A DNA stretch of 64,000 nucleotides from NCBI GenBank assembly GCA_963765125.1, contig CAVXUZ010000005.1:263837-327836 (forward strand), read 5' to 3'. Origin of the DNA: an uncultured candidate division WWE3 bacterium (lineage in GTDB: Bacteria; Patescibacteriota; WWE3; UBA101185; UBA10185). The notes beneath the pieces were generated by a model. The model was not told the DNA's origin, did no database searches, and saw only the letters and a list, made by a program, of their open reading frames with translations. Made by a program: the position numbers and the translations under genes. Shown piece by piece: positions 46,229 to 56,045 of this stretch. Every line of letters begins with the position of its first letter. Position 1 is the stretch's first letter.

Positions 46229-46247
46229 TACGGGTTTTGTATGGGTT
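46229..46247 (-). promoter_or_regulatory. candidate operator: GGGTT-N6-GGGTT direct repeat (TACGGGTTTTGTATGGGTT) 21-39 nt upstream of the uvrB ATG, in the uvrB-lexA divergent region
   Basis: Read from the sequence. It overlaps the -35 region of a TGnTACAAT extended -10 box for uvrB. Confidence 0.4.
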
Positions 46248-46348
46248 ATTTAGAAATCGTAGCTATTGACATCTTCGGTTAATATTCGTTAACATATAAA
46301 TACCCAAAGAAAATACAAAGTAGCAAATTCTTTGGTAGAAAGAATAAA

Positions 46349-46978
46349 ATGAGCCCTATCACCTTATATAGAAAGCAAAGACAGATTTTAGATTATATTT
46401 CACAATATATACAACTTAACGGCACTTCTCCTACCCTACAAGAAATTGCTAACGCAATGGGCCTTTCTTCTCTTGCTACAGTCCATGAGCATCTTCAAAC
46501 ACTTCAAAAAAAAGGTGTAATTAAGAGATTTGAGGGCATGGTACGTGGAATTGAGATAGTTGATGACGCTTTTAGCACCGAACTTCACGCAATAGAACTC
46601 CCTGTAATAGGTTTCATTGCCGCAGGAGAGCCAATTGACGCCATTGAAAATCCAATTGATTCGGTCCTTGTATCAGCTGATTTGGTTTCAAAATCGAAAA
46701 GATGCTACGTTTTACAGGTCAGAGGCGACTCAATGATTTTAGAAGGTATTTTTGATGGTGATAATGTTGTAATACAGCAACAAGACACAGCTAATGATGG
46801 AGATATTATCGTGGCGTTACTAGACAACGGTTTTGCAACATTAAAAAAATTCTACAGAGAAAGCCCAACACAGGTGAGGCTGCAGCCAGCAAACGACTCT
46901 ATGGATCCAATCTACGTGCACCCAAAGGATTTAAAAATTCAAGGCAAGGTTTCAGGAATTATCAGACGATATAACTAG
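46349..46978 (+). CDS. lexA: LexA repressor (wHTH + S24 peptidase)
   Basis: The N-terminal wHTH segment LTxRQxQILDYISQYIQLNGTSPTLQEIANAMGL and the S24 catalytic region VRGDSMI...Lys. Confidence 0.85.
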   Translation: MSPITLYRKQRQILDYISQYIQLNGTSPTLQEIANAMGLSSLATVHEHLQTLQKKGVIKRFEGMVRGIEIVDDAFSTELHAIELPVIGFIAAGEPIDAIENPIDSVLVSADLVSKSKRCYVLQVRGDSMILEGIFDGDNVVIQQQDTANDGDIIVALLDNGFATLKKFYRESPTQVRLQPANDSMDPIYVHPKDLKIQGKVSGIIRRYN

Positions 46979-47742
46979 ACTTTATACTTAAAGAATATTT
47001 TTAGTCTTTCCAATATCTTTTCATGAATACTCTTTTTGTTTTCTTTGTAAATATGCCAAATCGGTGGTGCAACTGAAACAATTATTATCAATAGTACTAT
47101 TGGTAGTAAATATTTATCGACATTAGGAATTACGCTTCCCAGGTAGTACCCCGCCCAAGTCATTCCCCATGTCCATAAAGTACCACCAAGAAAATTATAA
47201 AAAGTAAACTTCTTATGATCCATCTTACCTATGCCCGCGACAATTGGAACAAAGGTACGTACCACAGGTATAAACCTCGCCAACGTAATAGCCTTTCCAC
47301 CATGCTTTTCATAAAATTCTTGCGCCTTAATAACGTTTTTCGGATTAAACAAAAATGATTCTTTTTTTCTAAATAGCTGACTTCCAACTCTTTTTCCAAA
47401 TTCATAACCTACATTGTCACCTACAACTGCAGCTATCCATGCGCCAATTACAAGTGGCCAGATTTTAAATAGAGAAAAAGCCGGTGATGATAAAAGCCCA
47501 GCAGTAAAAAGAAGGCTGTCGCCAGGTAAAAAGAAACCTACTAAAAGTCCGGATTCAGCGAAAACAACTCCCCAAACACCAAAAATACCTATCAACTCAA
47601 CAAAAGCCATAATATCGTGGCTAATAAAAGCGTTTATGATTTCTTGCATAAGATTGATGATATCATATCTTATGCTAATATTTAGACATGGATTTAACTG
47701 CCCTCTATCAACAATACTCCAAAGAAAAAGTAGATGACGCAT
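46975..47742 (-). CDS. DedA/SNARE-associated family membrane protein
   Basis: DedA core GVWGVVFAESGLLVGFFLPGDSLLFTAG. The real start is probably the internal MQEIINAF at about 47649. Confidence 0.7.
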   Translation of the reverse strand: MRHLLFLWSIVDRGQLNPCLNISIRYDIINLMQEIINAFISHDIMAFVELIGIFGVWGVVFAESGLLVGFFLPGDSLLFTAGLLSSPAFSLFKIWPLVIGAWIAAVVGDNVGYEFGKRVGSQLFRKKESFLFNPKNVIKAQEFYEKHGGKAITLARFIPVVRTFVPIVAGIGKMDHKKFTFYNFLGGTLWTWGMTWAGYYLGSVIPNVDKYLLPIVLLIIIVSVAPPIWHIYKENKKSIHEKILERLKIFFKYKV

Positions 47743-48377
47743 TAGAAATTTTAAATTATAAAAAGCCCATCGACCCTTTACCTAAAGACGAAGATGACAA
47801 TCTGCCTACTATCTATATATTTCGACATGGCCAATCTGAAGATAACCTTGAAATGAAATTTAGCGGGTGGAGAGACCCCGGCCTCACAGATAAAGGTCGA
47901 GAGGGTGCTGAGGCACTTGCTGAATTATTAAAAGATAAAAAGTTTGGAATGTTAATTTCGTCTACTCAAAAAAGAGCAATTGAAACTATGCAAATTGCAG
48001 TTTCAAAAAACGCATTAGCGAAGGATTTAGAAATAGTTAAAGACGAGCGACTCCGTGAAAGAAATTACGGAGTTCTTAACGGCTACAGCAAACTTGAACT
48101 ATTTTTATGGAATGAAAAACTTCTTGAGGCATTTCGCCGTGGTTTTGATATTATTCCGCCAGAAGGGGAAAGTTTAAAAATGGTGTGTGAAAGAGTTGCA
48201 AATTTTTGTGACGAAATTGTACCTCTAATTAAATCTAATGGGTTTGATGTTGCTATATCGTGCCACGGTAATTCAATAAGAGGATTTAGAAAATATTTTG
48301 AGAAGTTAAGCGACGATGAGGTTACAGAATTCGAAACACCACTAGCAAAAGATTATCTTGCATATACATTAAGATAA
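47688..48377 (+). CDS. histidine phosphatase superfamily (phosphoglycerate mutase-like) protein
   Basis: Catalytic RHG motif (IYIFRHGQSEDN) and the downstream His of branch 1. Confidence 0.65.
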   Translation: MDLTALYQQYSKEKVDDALEILNYKKPIDPLPKDEDDNLPTIYIFRHGQSEDNLEMKFSGWRDPGLTDKGREGAEALAELLKDKKFGMLISSTQKRAIETMQIAVSKNALAKDLEIVKDERLRERNYGVLNGYSKLELFLWNEKLLEAFRRGFDIIPPEGESLKMVCERVANFCDEIVPLIKSNGFDVAISCHGNSIRGFRKYFEKLSDDEVTEFETPLAKDYLAYTLR

Positions 48378-48438
48378 TTTTATTTTTCTTTTAATTGGTG
48401 TAGAATACCCCATATCTTACGTAAAAGGAGAGTGAAGT

Positions 48439-48696
48439 ATGGGTGAATTTTGTAAGCAGTGCGGAAAAGAGCTTTTTACAGACTTTTCTGAGATTAACAA
48501 GGCTATTAAGCGTATGCAAAATCGCAGAACCAGCAACGACTCAACGTTGCCAAAGGGCGCTAAAATTTATGCTTACCCTTGCCGCTATCATAAAGGAGCA
48601 AAGCATTTAACCAGCAAACCACCGCGAGCTAAAAGAACAAAGGGAAGAAAAGAAGACGCTGTTAAAAAAACAATTATGGAAGAGTTATCAATCTAA
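48439..48696 (+). CDS. hypothetical small basic Cys-containing protein (85 aa; CKQCG...YPCRYH)
   Basis: Strong SD sequence AAAAGGAGAGTGAAGT before the ATG and a terminator hairpin directly after the stop. Confidence 0.4.
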   Translation: MGEFCKQCGKELFTDFSEINKAIKRMQNRRTSNDSTLPKGAKIYAYPCRYHKGAKHLTSKPPRAKRTKGRKEDAVKKTIMEELSI

Positions 48697-48723
48697 GGAC
48701 CATTTTAAAAAGTGGTCCTTTTT
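48696..48723 (+). terminator. rho-independent terminator (AGGACCA...TGGTCCT + T-run), shared with the convergent eno
   Basis: 7-bp stem with a T5 tail. Confidence 0.6.
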
Positions 48724-48724
48724 C

Positions 48725-49957
48725 TTAACCAAAAATCTCAGCAAAGATATCAAGAAGTCTATTGTATTTAACTACACGTTCACCTCTTACCGGTGCGCCA
48801 GCTTTCAAAAACTCTGCGCCGACTGCTAACGCTAAATCACTTATGAATGTATCTTCGGCGTTATCACCACTTCTATGAGATACAACTATTTGCATTCTGT
48901 TCTTCTGTGCCATTCTAATAAAGTCGAATGTTTCTGTTAGTGACCCAACTTGATTTGGTTTTACAATGACAGCGTTTGCCAATTTTTTTTCAACTGCTTT
49001 TTCAAGATATTTCACATTTGTCACAACAAGATCATCCGCAACAACCATTAGCTTGTTTGAAAATCTATTAAAAAACATTTCCCAACCGTCGAAGTCACGT
49101 TCATAGAAAGGGTCTTCAACATAAATAAGCGGGTATTTCTTTATCAACTCATTATAGTAATCGGTAAATTGTGAATCGTTAAGTTCAAGATCCTCTTCAG
49201 AAATCTTGTATAGTTCGTGCTCTACAAAAGACTCAGCCGCTACGTCCATACCCAAAAACACCTCTTCGCCTACTTTATAGTTCTTTGAAGCTGCTGCGAC
49301 AATAGAATCAAGCGCCTTGTGCGCGTTGAAATTTGAGGGTGCAAAACCCCCCTCATCACCAACACCAACACCATAACCCTCATTAAAAAGCTGCTCTTTT
49401 AGAGCAAGGTAGGTGTTTACTCCCATCTCCATCTGTTTCATAAAATTTAAATTCGGCGCAGGTATGATCATAAATTCCTGAAACGATAGATTGTTAGCTG
49501 CGTGTTTACCGCCATTTAAAATATTAAAAACGGGTGTCGGAAATTTTAGATTGCGATCCTTTTTTACGTTAGAACCGTACAATTCCCCCAAATATTCAAA
49601 AAGTTGTATTCCCCTGCTCATCGCGCTCACTTGAGCTACACACATTGAAACCGACAAAATTGTATTTCCTCCGAGATTTTTCTTTGTGGGTGTTCCATCC
49701 ATATCCAGTAGGATTTTATCTATTTTTGCCTGATCGTAACAGTCCTCACCAACCAACGCATCATTAACTGCTGTCGATAACAATGAAATAGCTTTTTCCA
49801 CAGGAACATAAACTGCCTCATTTTCACCTCTCGATGCACCACCAGGGACTGTCTGTTCATAGTAAATGCCGTTATCGAGAGTTACACGAGTGTCAACCGT
49901 CCATGTTCCACGGGAATTGATTATCTTATGAGCCTTTATTTCTTGTATTTTAGGCAT
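48725..49957 (-). CDS. eno: enolase (phosphopyruvate hydratase)
   Basis: N-terminal IxAxxILxSRG-type start and the enolase C-terminal signature region (SHRSGDNAEDTFISDLAVA). 410 aa. Confidence 0.9.
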   Translation of the reverse strand: MPKIQEIKAHKIINSRGTWTVDTRVTLDNGIYYEQTVPGGASRGENEAVYVPVEKAISLLSTAVNDALVGEDCYDQAKIDKILLDMDGTPTKKNLGGNTILSVSMCVAQVSAMSRGIQLFEYLGELYGSNVKKDRNLKFPTPVFNILNGGKHAANNLSFQEFMIIPAPNLNFMKQMEMGVNTYLALKEQLFNEGYGVGVGDEGGFAPSNFNAHKALDSIVAAASKNYKVGEEVFLGMDVAAESFVEHELYKISEEDLELNDSQFTDYYNELIKKYPLIYVEDPFYERDFDGWEMFFNRFSNKLMVVADDLVVTNVKYLEKAVEKKLANAVIVKPNQVGSLTETFDFIRMAQKNRMQIVVSHRSGDNAEDTFISDLALAVGAEFLKAGAPVRGERVVKYNRLLDIFAEIFG

Positions 49958-49970
49958 GGGCAGCCTTCTT

Positions 49971-52262
49971 CTACTTTTTCTTAGAAGTGTGCTTTGTTTT
50001 GTGGTTTACACCCAAAACTTTTTTCTCCATTTCGTAAACAATCATTCTTGTTTTATCGATAACATCGGGACTGAGCGAAACTGACGTAATACCCCAATCT
50101 ACAAGCTTTTCTACGAGTTCCGGATAGACAGATGGCGCCTGACCGCAAATTGACGAGGTAATACCACGTTTTTTTGCTGTCTTTACTATTTTTTCAAGAC
50201 TGTTGAGTACTGCAGGATCCATTTCTGAGTAAAATCCAGCTATTCTTTCGTTGTCTCGATCAACACCTAGTGTAAGCATTGTGAGATCATTCGTACCAAC
50301 CGATACGCCGTCAATTCCAATATCGATGAATTCATCTAGCAAAATTACATTCGCAGGAATTTCGACCATCATCCAAACTTTAAACGAACCGCTTCTCTTT
50401 AGACCATATGATGCCATTAATTTTTTAACGTTAATGAGCTCGTCTAAGGTTCTAACAAATGGGAACATCACATGCAGATTTTTATAACCTTTTTTGTTTC
50501 TTACATTCTGAATTGCCTCAATCTCTAGTTTAAAAACTTCTGCGTCTTCTAGGTAACGTCCGGTTCCTCTAAAACCAATCATCGGATTTGCTTCATCCAT
50601 TTCGAATTCTTCGCCGCCTTTTAATCCTTTGTACTCGTTAGATCTAAAATCTGTAAAACGATAGACAACTGGTCTAGGACTAAATGCAGCTACAAAGGTT
50701 TCTAAACCCTCAGTCAGCTGATTGATAAAATCTTTTTCTTTACCTTCTTTTATAAACGCCCTTGGATGTTTACCAATGTTTGCAATCATAAACTCAGCTC
50801 TTAACAAACCAATTCCGTCGACGTTTAATGCCGCCATCTCGCCTGCCAACTGAGGTTCTGCAAGGTTCATATAGATCTTTGTGGCTGTTTTAATGTTTGA
50901 GGTATCAATTTTCTCTGCCTTTACAGTCATTGTTAAATCACCCTCATATACCTTGCCAGATTCGCCATCAACCGTGATTAACTCATCATTTTTTAACATT
51001 TTTGTCGCGTGCAACGACCCTACTATCGCTGGAACACCTAATTCTCTGGATACAATAGCTGCGTGGCTCGTTCTTCCACCCTCGTCGGTTACAATTGCAG
51101 CTGCTCTTTTCATTGCAGGTACAAAGTCAGGGTTGGTCATAACAGCAACCAAAATATCACCCTCTTTTACTTTGTCGATTTCTTCAGAACTTTGAAGAAT
51201 CTTTACCGGTCCGTGTGTAACACCTGGGGATGCGCCTAATCCTTCAAGAATTAATTTACCCTTCTTAGCGGGGTCGACTTTTTCAACCGTATCTCTGTTG
51301 TTGGCTGATACTTTAAGGGTTGTTACAGGTCTTGATTGAACAATATAGAGCTTTCCATCTTCCATACCCCATTCAATATCTTGTGGGTGCTTATAATGCT
51401 CCTCGATCTTCATACCAATTTTGGCGAGCTCAACAACAAGACTATTTTTCATCTTTTGAACCTTCTGATATTTCTTTGAGATGGGTACTTTCTTTTCAAT
51501 TGTAAACTGCCATGTTTGCGTAGAAATATTTTTTGACGTTATCTCTTGTGATTTTTTGTTGACGATGTACTGATCTGGGGTTAACTCTCCTGATACAACT
51601 GGTTGACCAAGACCAAAAGCAGCTTCGACAGACACTTCTGCTGGATTGTTTGTCATCGGATTTACTGTAAACATAATTCCAGAGATTTCTGATTGAACCA
51701 TCATCTGTACTGGAACCGCAATACCAACTTTAAAATGATCAAAACCCTTTTCTGTTCTATAGAATATTGCTCTTGAGGTAAACAAAGACGCCCAACACAT
51801 TTGAACGTGTTTAACAACGTCTTGCCATCCTGATACGTTAAGGTAAGTGTCTTGCTGACCCGCAAATGACGCGTCTGGCAAGTCTTCTGCTGTTGCTGAT
51901 GATCTTACTGCAACATATCTATCATGCTCGCCACATAAATTGTGGTAAGCCTCTTTAATTTGTCCAGCCAACTCATCTGGCATGTCAGCAGCGAGTATTG
52001 CTGTTTGAATATTTTTTGATGCTTCTTGAAGTTTTTTTGAATCGTTCATATCCAAACCAGTAAGCTCGGTTAATATTTTTTGACGAAGCGAGGTGAGATC
52101 TAAAAAGTCATAATACGCTTTTGCGGTGACTATAAATCCATCAGGTACAGGTATTCCGGCATTAATCATCTCACCGAGATTTGCGCCTTTGCCGCCAACG
52201 AGCGGGATATCAGTTTTTCCAACTTGATCGAAACGGAGTATTTGGGCAGTTTGTTTATTCAT
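49971..52262 (-). CDS. ppsA: phosphoenolpyruvate synthase (pyruvate, water dikinase)
   Basis: An ATP-grasp N-terminus, the phospho-His mobile domain GGRTSHAAIVSRELGVPAIVG, and a PEP-utilising TIM-barrel C-terminus. 763 aa. Confidence 0.85.
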   Translation of the reverse strand: MNKQTAQILRFDQVGKTDIPLVGGKGANLGEMINAGIPVPDGFIVTAKAYYDFLDLTSLRQKILTELTGLDMNDSKKLQEASKNIQTAILAADMPDELAGQIKEAYHNLCGEHDRYVAVRSSATAEDLPDASFAGQQDTYLNVSGWQDVVKHVQMCWASLFTSRAIFYRTEKGFDHFKVGIAVPVQMMVQSEISGIMFTVNPMTNNPAEVSVEAAFGLGQPVVSGELTPDQYIVNKKSQEITSKNISTQTWQFTIEKKVPISKKYQKVQKMKNSLVVELAKIGMKIEEHYKHPQDIEWGMEDGKLYIVQSRPVTTLKVSANNRDTVEKVDPAKKGKLILEGLGASPGVTHGPVKILQSSEEIDKVKEGDILVAVMTNPDFVPAMKRAAAIVTDEGGRTSHAAIVSRELGVPAIVGSLHATKMLKNDELITVDGESGKVYEGDLTMTVKAEKIDTSNIKTATKIYMNLAEPQLAGEMAALNVDGIGLLRAEFMIANIGKHPRAFIKEGKEKDFINQLTEGLETFVAAFSPRPVVYRFTDFRSNEYKGLKGGEEFEMDEANPMIGFRGTGRYLEDAEVFKLEIEAIQNVRNKKGYKNLHVMFPFVRTLDELINVKKLMASYGLKRSGSFKVWMMVEIPANVILLDEFIDIGIDGVSVGTNDLTMLTLGVDRDNERIAGFYSEMDPAVLNSLEKIVKTAKKRGITSSICGQAPSVYPELVEKLVDWGITSVSLSPDVIDKTRMIVYEMEKKVLGVNHKTKHTSKKK

Positions 52263-52278
52263 GTTTATTTTAAAAATC

Positions 52279-53667
52279 CTAAAAATTTATATTTAACTTA
52301 ACTATACTAACATTTTTTATTGCGTCACGTACTATCTGAAGTAAGTGATTTTTCTCTTCTTCATCCTTACCTTCGACTCTAATACTAAGGTATGGTGATG
52401 TATTTGACGCCCGAATTAGAAACCAACCTGTCTTGGTCACGAGCACTCTAATTCCATCGATATCAACCATTTTTTGGTACTTATGGTTATTCATAACGTC
52501 AATTTTTATGAGATTAATGACCTTAAACTTATCCTCATCAGGACAATCTACCTTAATTTCATTCGTAGAGTACCTTTTTGGATATTCAGCCATCATTTCT
52601 GAAAGCTTTTTCTTAGATTTGTCGAGTATTTCGACAAGTCTTAACGACGCATAGAGTCCGTCATCATAGCCAAAATACCTGTCGGAGAAATAAATATGGC
52701 CAGAATATTCGGCTCCGAGAATCGCGTTATCTTCAACCTCATCGGCAAAGTAAGGATGACCTGTACGCATTACTTTTGGTATACCTTTGTATTTAGTTAT
52801 ATACTCATCAACAATAGATGAACACTTAACATCGTACACGACTGTTTTTCCGGGATTTTTTTGAAGAACGTGCTTCGCGTAAAGCAAAAGTAATATGTCG
52901 GTATCATAAACTACGCCTTTATCGTCTACCATTCCAAAGCGATCACCGTCAGTATCGTATGCAAGACCAACGTCGGCACCATTTTCTAATACGTAATGCC
53001 TTAAATCTTCCATGTATAATTTATTTTCCGGATCAGGGACACCTTTTGGAAAATTACTATCATATCTACAGTAAACTGGAAAAATATGACAATTCATATT
53101 TTCAAACAACTTTGTTGCAATTTCACTCGTTGCGCCGCTTCCACAATCGATTACTACCTTAAGATTTTTTTTAAAACTAAACTGCTTTTTCAAATACTCA
53201 ATATATTTTTTATTAAGGTCTGCTACCTCAAGATCTCCTGTGCCATATGTGTAATCCCCGTGGTCAACTATAAACCTAATCATCAGTAAAAGGTCGCCGT
53301 AAAATGATCTTGCGTTACGATAATCGATTCTAAACCCATTAAATTCTTTAGGATTATGACTCGCAGTAACGTTAATACCCATATCAAAATCTTCTTTGAT
53401 CGTAAAAAAGTGCATAGCTGGAGTGACAGATATTCCTGTGTCAGTAACGTGGCAACCAGCGCTCAACAAGCCTTTTATTAAATGCTCAGATAGCGATGGA
53501 GAACTTTCACGGTCATCTCTACAAACAACAACTCTAGGAAACTCAAATTTTTTTCTTAGAAGCGTGCCAAAAGCTCTTCCTAGATGCAAAGCTACATCTT
53601 CGTTAATCTCCGTAGGGTATACCCCTCTAATATCGTAATTTCTAAATATATTTTTTGAAACCTGCAT
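52279..53667 (-). CDS. alpha-D-phosphohexomutase (phosphoglucomutase/phosphomannomutase family)
   Basis: Active-site Ser loop VTASHNPKEFNGF and a metal-binding DTDGDR loop. Confidence 0.8.
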   Translation of the reverse strand: MQVSKNIFRNYDIRGVYPTEINEDVALHLGRAFGTLLRKKFEFPRVVVCRDDRESSPSLSEHLIKGLLSAGCHVTDTGISVTPAMHFFTIKEDFDMGINVTASHNPKEFNGFRIDYRNARSFYGDLLLMIRFIVDHGDYTYGTGDLEVADLNKKYIEYLKKQFSFKKNLKVVIDCGSGATSEIATKLFENMNCHIFPVYCRYDSNFPKGVPDPENKLYMEDLRHYVLENGADVGLAYDTDGDRFGMVDDKGVVYDTDILLLLYAKHVLQKNPGKTVVYDVKCSSIVDEYITKYKGIPKVMRTGHPYFADEVEDNAILGAEYSGHIYFSDRYFGYDDGLYASLRLVEILDKSKKKLSEMMAEYPKRYSTNEIKVDCPDEDKFKVINLIKIDVMNNHKYQKMVDIDGIRVLVTKTGWFLIRASNTSPYLSIRVEGKDEEEKNHLLQIVRDAIKNVSIVKLNINF

Positions 53668-53675
53668 AACTTACC

Positions 53676-54521
53676 TCAATTTGTTGGCAGCGTGAAGGCA
53701 AACGTCGCCCCATAGGGCTTGGTGTCCTCAATCCAAATTCCACCACCGTGCGCCTCAATAATTGCTTTAGCAATAAATAGACCTAAACCGGTACCTTTTT
53801 GTTCAGTTTTTCTTTTTGATTCAACTTGAACATATTTGTTAAATAATTTTTCTTTCATTGGGTCAGGTATACCATCACCAGTGTCTGCAACACTCACTTG
53901 CACGTTTCCATCAGCCATAAGTTTTGACGATATTTTTACTGATTCGCCTTTAGGAGTAAATTTCAACGCATTAGATAAAAGATTATTCATAACGTGTTTA
54001 ATTCTGTCATCGTCAAATTCGAATTGTTTAATATTTTCATCAAGCTCTGTCTCAACTTTTAGTTCTTTCTCAAGTGCCAGAGTTGTATAGTAGGTGGTTT
54101 CGTTTTTCAATAAGGTATTTAAATCACCAACCCTTTTATGAAGCTCGAATCTTCCGGATTCAATTTTTGAGACATCCAAAATATCGTTTACAATAGCTAG
54201 CAAATCGGACGCCGACTCTTTAATTTGCGAAAGCATTGTAAACTTTTGGTCAGGACTCAACGCCTTTTCTTCACGAATTACGAGATCTGCTGAACCTTTA
54301 ATTACTGACAACGGCGACCTTAACTCGTGCACCATCATCGCTACGTAGTCATCTCTTTGTTTACCAATCTTGAATTGCTCTGACTCAGTCTTCAACAAAT
54401 GCTCAAATCTACCTTTAAGCTCAGAATTTTCTTTTTCTTTTATAAAATAGAGGATAATAAAAATCACTAAAATTAGAGCCATTATGCCTATTAGTGTTGT
54501 AACAAGGGCAGTACTTATCAT
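53676..54521 (-). CDS. sensor histidine kinase (single TM, HisKA + HATPase_c)
   Basis: H-box MVHELRSPLSVI, N-box LLSNALKFT, and G-boxes DTGDGI / GTGLGL. Confidence 0.8.
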   Translation of the reverse strand: MISTALVTTLIGIMALILVIFIILYFIKEKENSELKGRFEHLLKTESEQFKIGKQRDDYVAMMVHELRSPLSVIKGSADLVIREEKALSPDQKFTMLSQIKESASDLLAIVNDILDVSKIESGRFELHKRVGDLNTLLKNETTYYTTLALEKELKVETELDENIKQFEFDDDRIKHVMNNLLSNALKFTPKGESVKISSKLMADGNVQVSVADTGDGIPDPMKEKLFNKYVQVESKRKTEQKGTGLGLFIAKAIIEAHGGGIWIEDTKPYGATFAFTLPTN

Positions 54522-54531
54522 ATTTGGTGAT

Positions 54532-54933
54532 TTATCCGGTTAGCGATACTCCGGATTCTGATGCCTCGCCAATGTAAGAAGCGATCTTCTCCGGGAGCTC
54601 AGAGGGAACAAGATTATATTTCATCAGATAATCATCGGCGCCAAGCTCAACTGCTTTAGATATATTGTCGTCTGTTCCAAAGTTTGTAAGCATAATCACC
54701 GGTATTGAAACTGTCTCTTCTGCCTCTTTAAGCTCTTTTAAAATGTCTAAACCATTAATTCCTGGGAGAATAATATCAAGCAGAATAAGGTCAGGGTTTT
54801 CTTCTCTTATTCTTGATACAGCCATATTACCGTCTGCAACGTGAACAACGTTATGCCCCTTTAATTTCAACTCTGTTGCGCATAAATTAAAAAATGATTG
54901 GTCATCTTCAACAATAAGTATCTTTTTCGCCAT
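54532..54933 (-). CDS. single-domain response regulator (CheY-like receiver only)
   Basis: Receiver motifs KILIVEDD, LILLDIILPG and conserved Lys. No output domain. 133 aa. Confidence 0.8.
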   Translation of the reverse strand: MAKKILIVEDDQSFFNLCATELKLKGHNVVHVADGNMAVSRIREENPDLILLDIILPGINGLDILKELKEAEETVSIPVIMLTNFGTDDNISKAVELGADDYLMKYNLVPSELPEKIASYIGEASESGVSLTG

Positions 54934-55022
54934 AGGTTAATGTTACAAGAACAACAGCCAATCTTCAAGGGGAACACAAATATATATTGTTAAATCATTC
55001 TAAATAAACTATTCTTCACTTT

Positions 55023-56042
55023 ATGTGGAAATTTGTTGTTACAGCGCTAATAGTGTTATCAGTATTCACTATGGGGTTTGTTGTAATTAAAACCAACAGG
55101 TCATTGACCGAGGCTGGTATGGAAAAAATCGAGCTAAGTCCGTTTATTAAAAAGGCTGATGAGGCAGGGGGAAAAATAGAAGAGGATACCCAGCCGAGCA
55201 ATATTGACGCTAAAAGTCTAGATCTGATGTTATTTGGTATTGACCGCAGAAGTAGAGAAGAATTTGGCTACAGAACTGACATTATGGTACTTGTCTCAAT
55301 CGATCTCACAACAAAGCAAACAACCTTGACGTCACTCCCACGTGACTTATGGTGGGACGGAGGCAGATTAAATGCAGTTTTTCTTGGAAGTGGCTGGGAG
55401 AGCATGCAAAACGCAGTAGAAACTATAACGGGCAGAAGACCGGAGAAATATATACTTACAGATTTTAAAGACTTTTCTTGGATTGTTGACGCTATGGGTG
55501 GAGTTCCAGTTGAAGTTGAAACAACATTCTCTGATTCAGAATACCCAATAGATGAAACATTTGAGTATCAAACAGTTACATTCAACCAAGGCGCCGAATT
55601 GCTTACTGGAGAACGAGCACTTATATTTTCTAGATCAAGAAAAGGAACTAACGGAGAAGGAAGCGATTGGATGAGAATGCGTCGCCAACACAAAATTTTA
55701 AAGGGTATGCTTACGGCTGTACTTTCACCTAAAAGTATTTTTAATCCAATGGTAATCGAAAACGCATTCAAAACCGTGACAACAGCAAAAATGGACACAA
55801 ACCTTTCGCTAGAAGACGCAAAATACATTTGGGACCTATACAAAAATAGAGAGCTGTACAACATCTCGTCACTTTTTCTCGACAGCGCCTATCTGCACTC
55901 ACCACCGATGGAAGAATACGGAGGTGCGTGGGTTCTTGTACCGACCACTGGTTCGTATACTGAATTTCAAAATGTGTTGTCAGCCACTTTAAAAGGCCAG
56001 GTTTTAGAAACCCCTATTACAGAAACCGCACCACAAGAGTAA
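55023..56042 (+). CDS. LytR-CpsA-Psr (LCP) family protein
   Basis: N-terminal TM and the LCP core (RTDIMVLVSID...SLPRDLWW). Confidence 0.75.
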   Translation: MWKFVVTALIVLSVFTMGFVVIKTNRSLTEAGMEKIELSPFIKKADEAGGKIEEDTQPSNIDAKSLDLMLFGIDRRSREEFGYRTDIMVLVSIDLTTKQTTLTSLPRDLWWDGGRLNAVFLGSGWESMQNAVETITGRRPEKYILTDFKDFSWIVDAMGGVPVEVETTFSDSEYPIDETFEYQTVTFNQGAELLTGERALIFSRSRKGTNGEGSDWMRMRRQHKILKGMLTAVLSPKSIFNPMVIENAFKTVTTAKMDTNLSLEDAKYIWDLYKNRELYNISSLFLDSAYLHSPPMEEYGGAWVLVPTTGSYTEFQNVLSATLKGQVLETPITETAPQE

Positions 56043-56045
56043 ATG

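Noticed and set aside
46209-46348. Classical LexA operators (CTGT-N8-ACAG or the Cheo box CGAACATATGTTCG) in the uvrB-lexA intergenic region
   Set aside because: Neither consensus occurs. The nearest palindromes, TTCGTTAACATA and CAAAG-N10-CTTTG, are short and imperfect, so the direct-repeat motif was preferred as the candidate.
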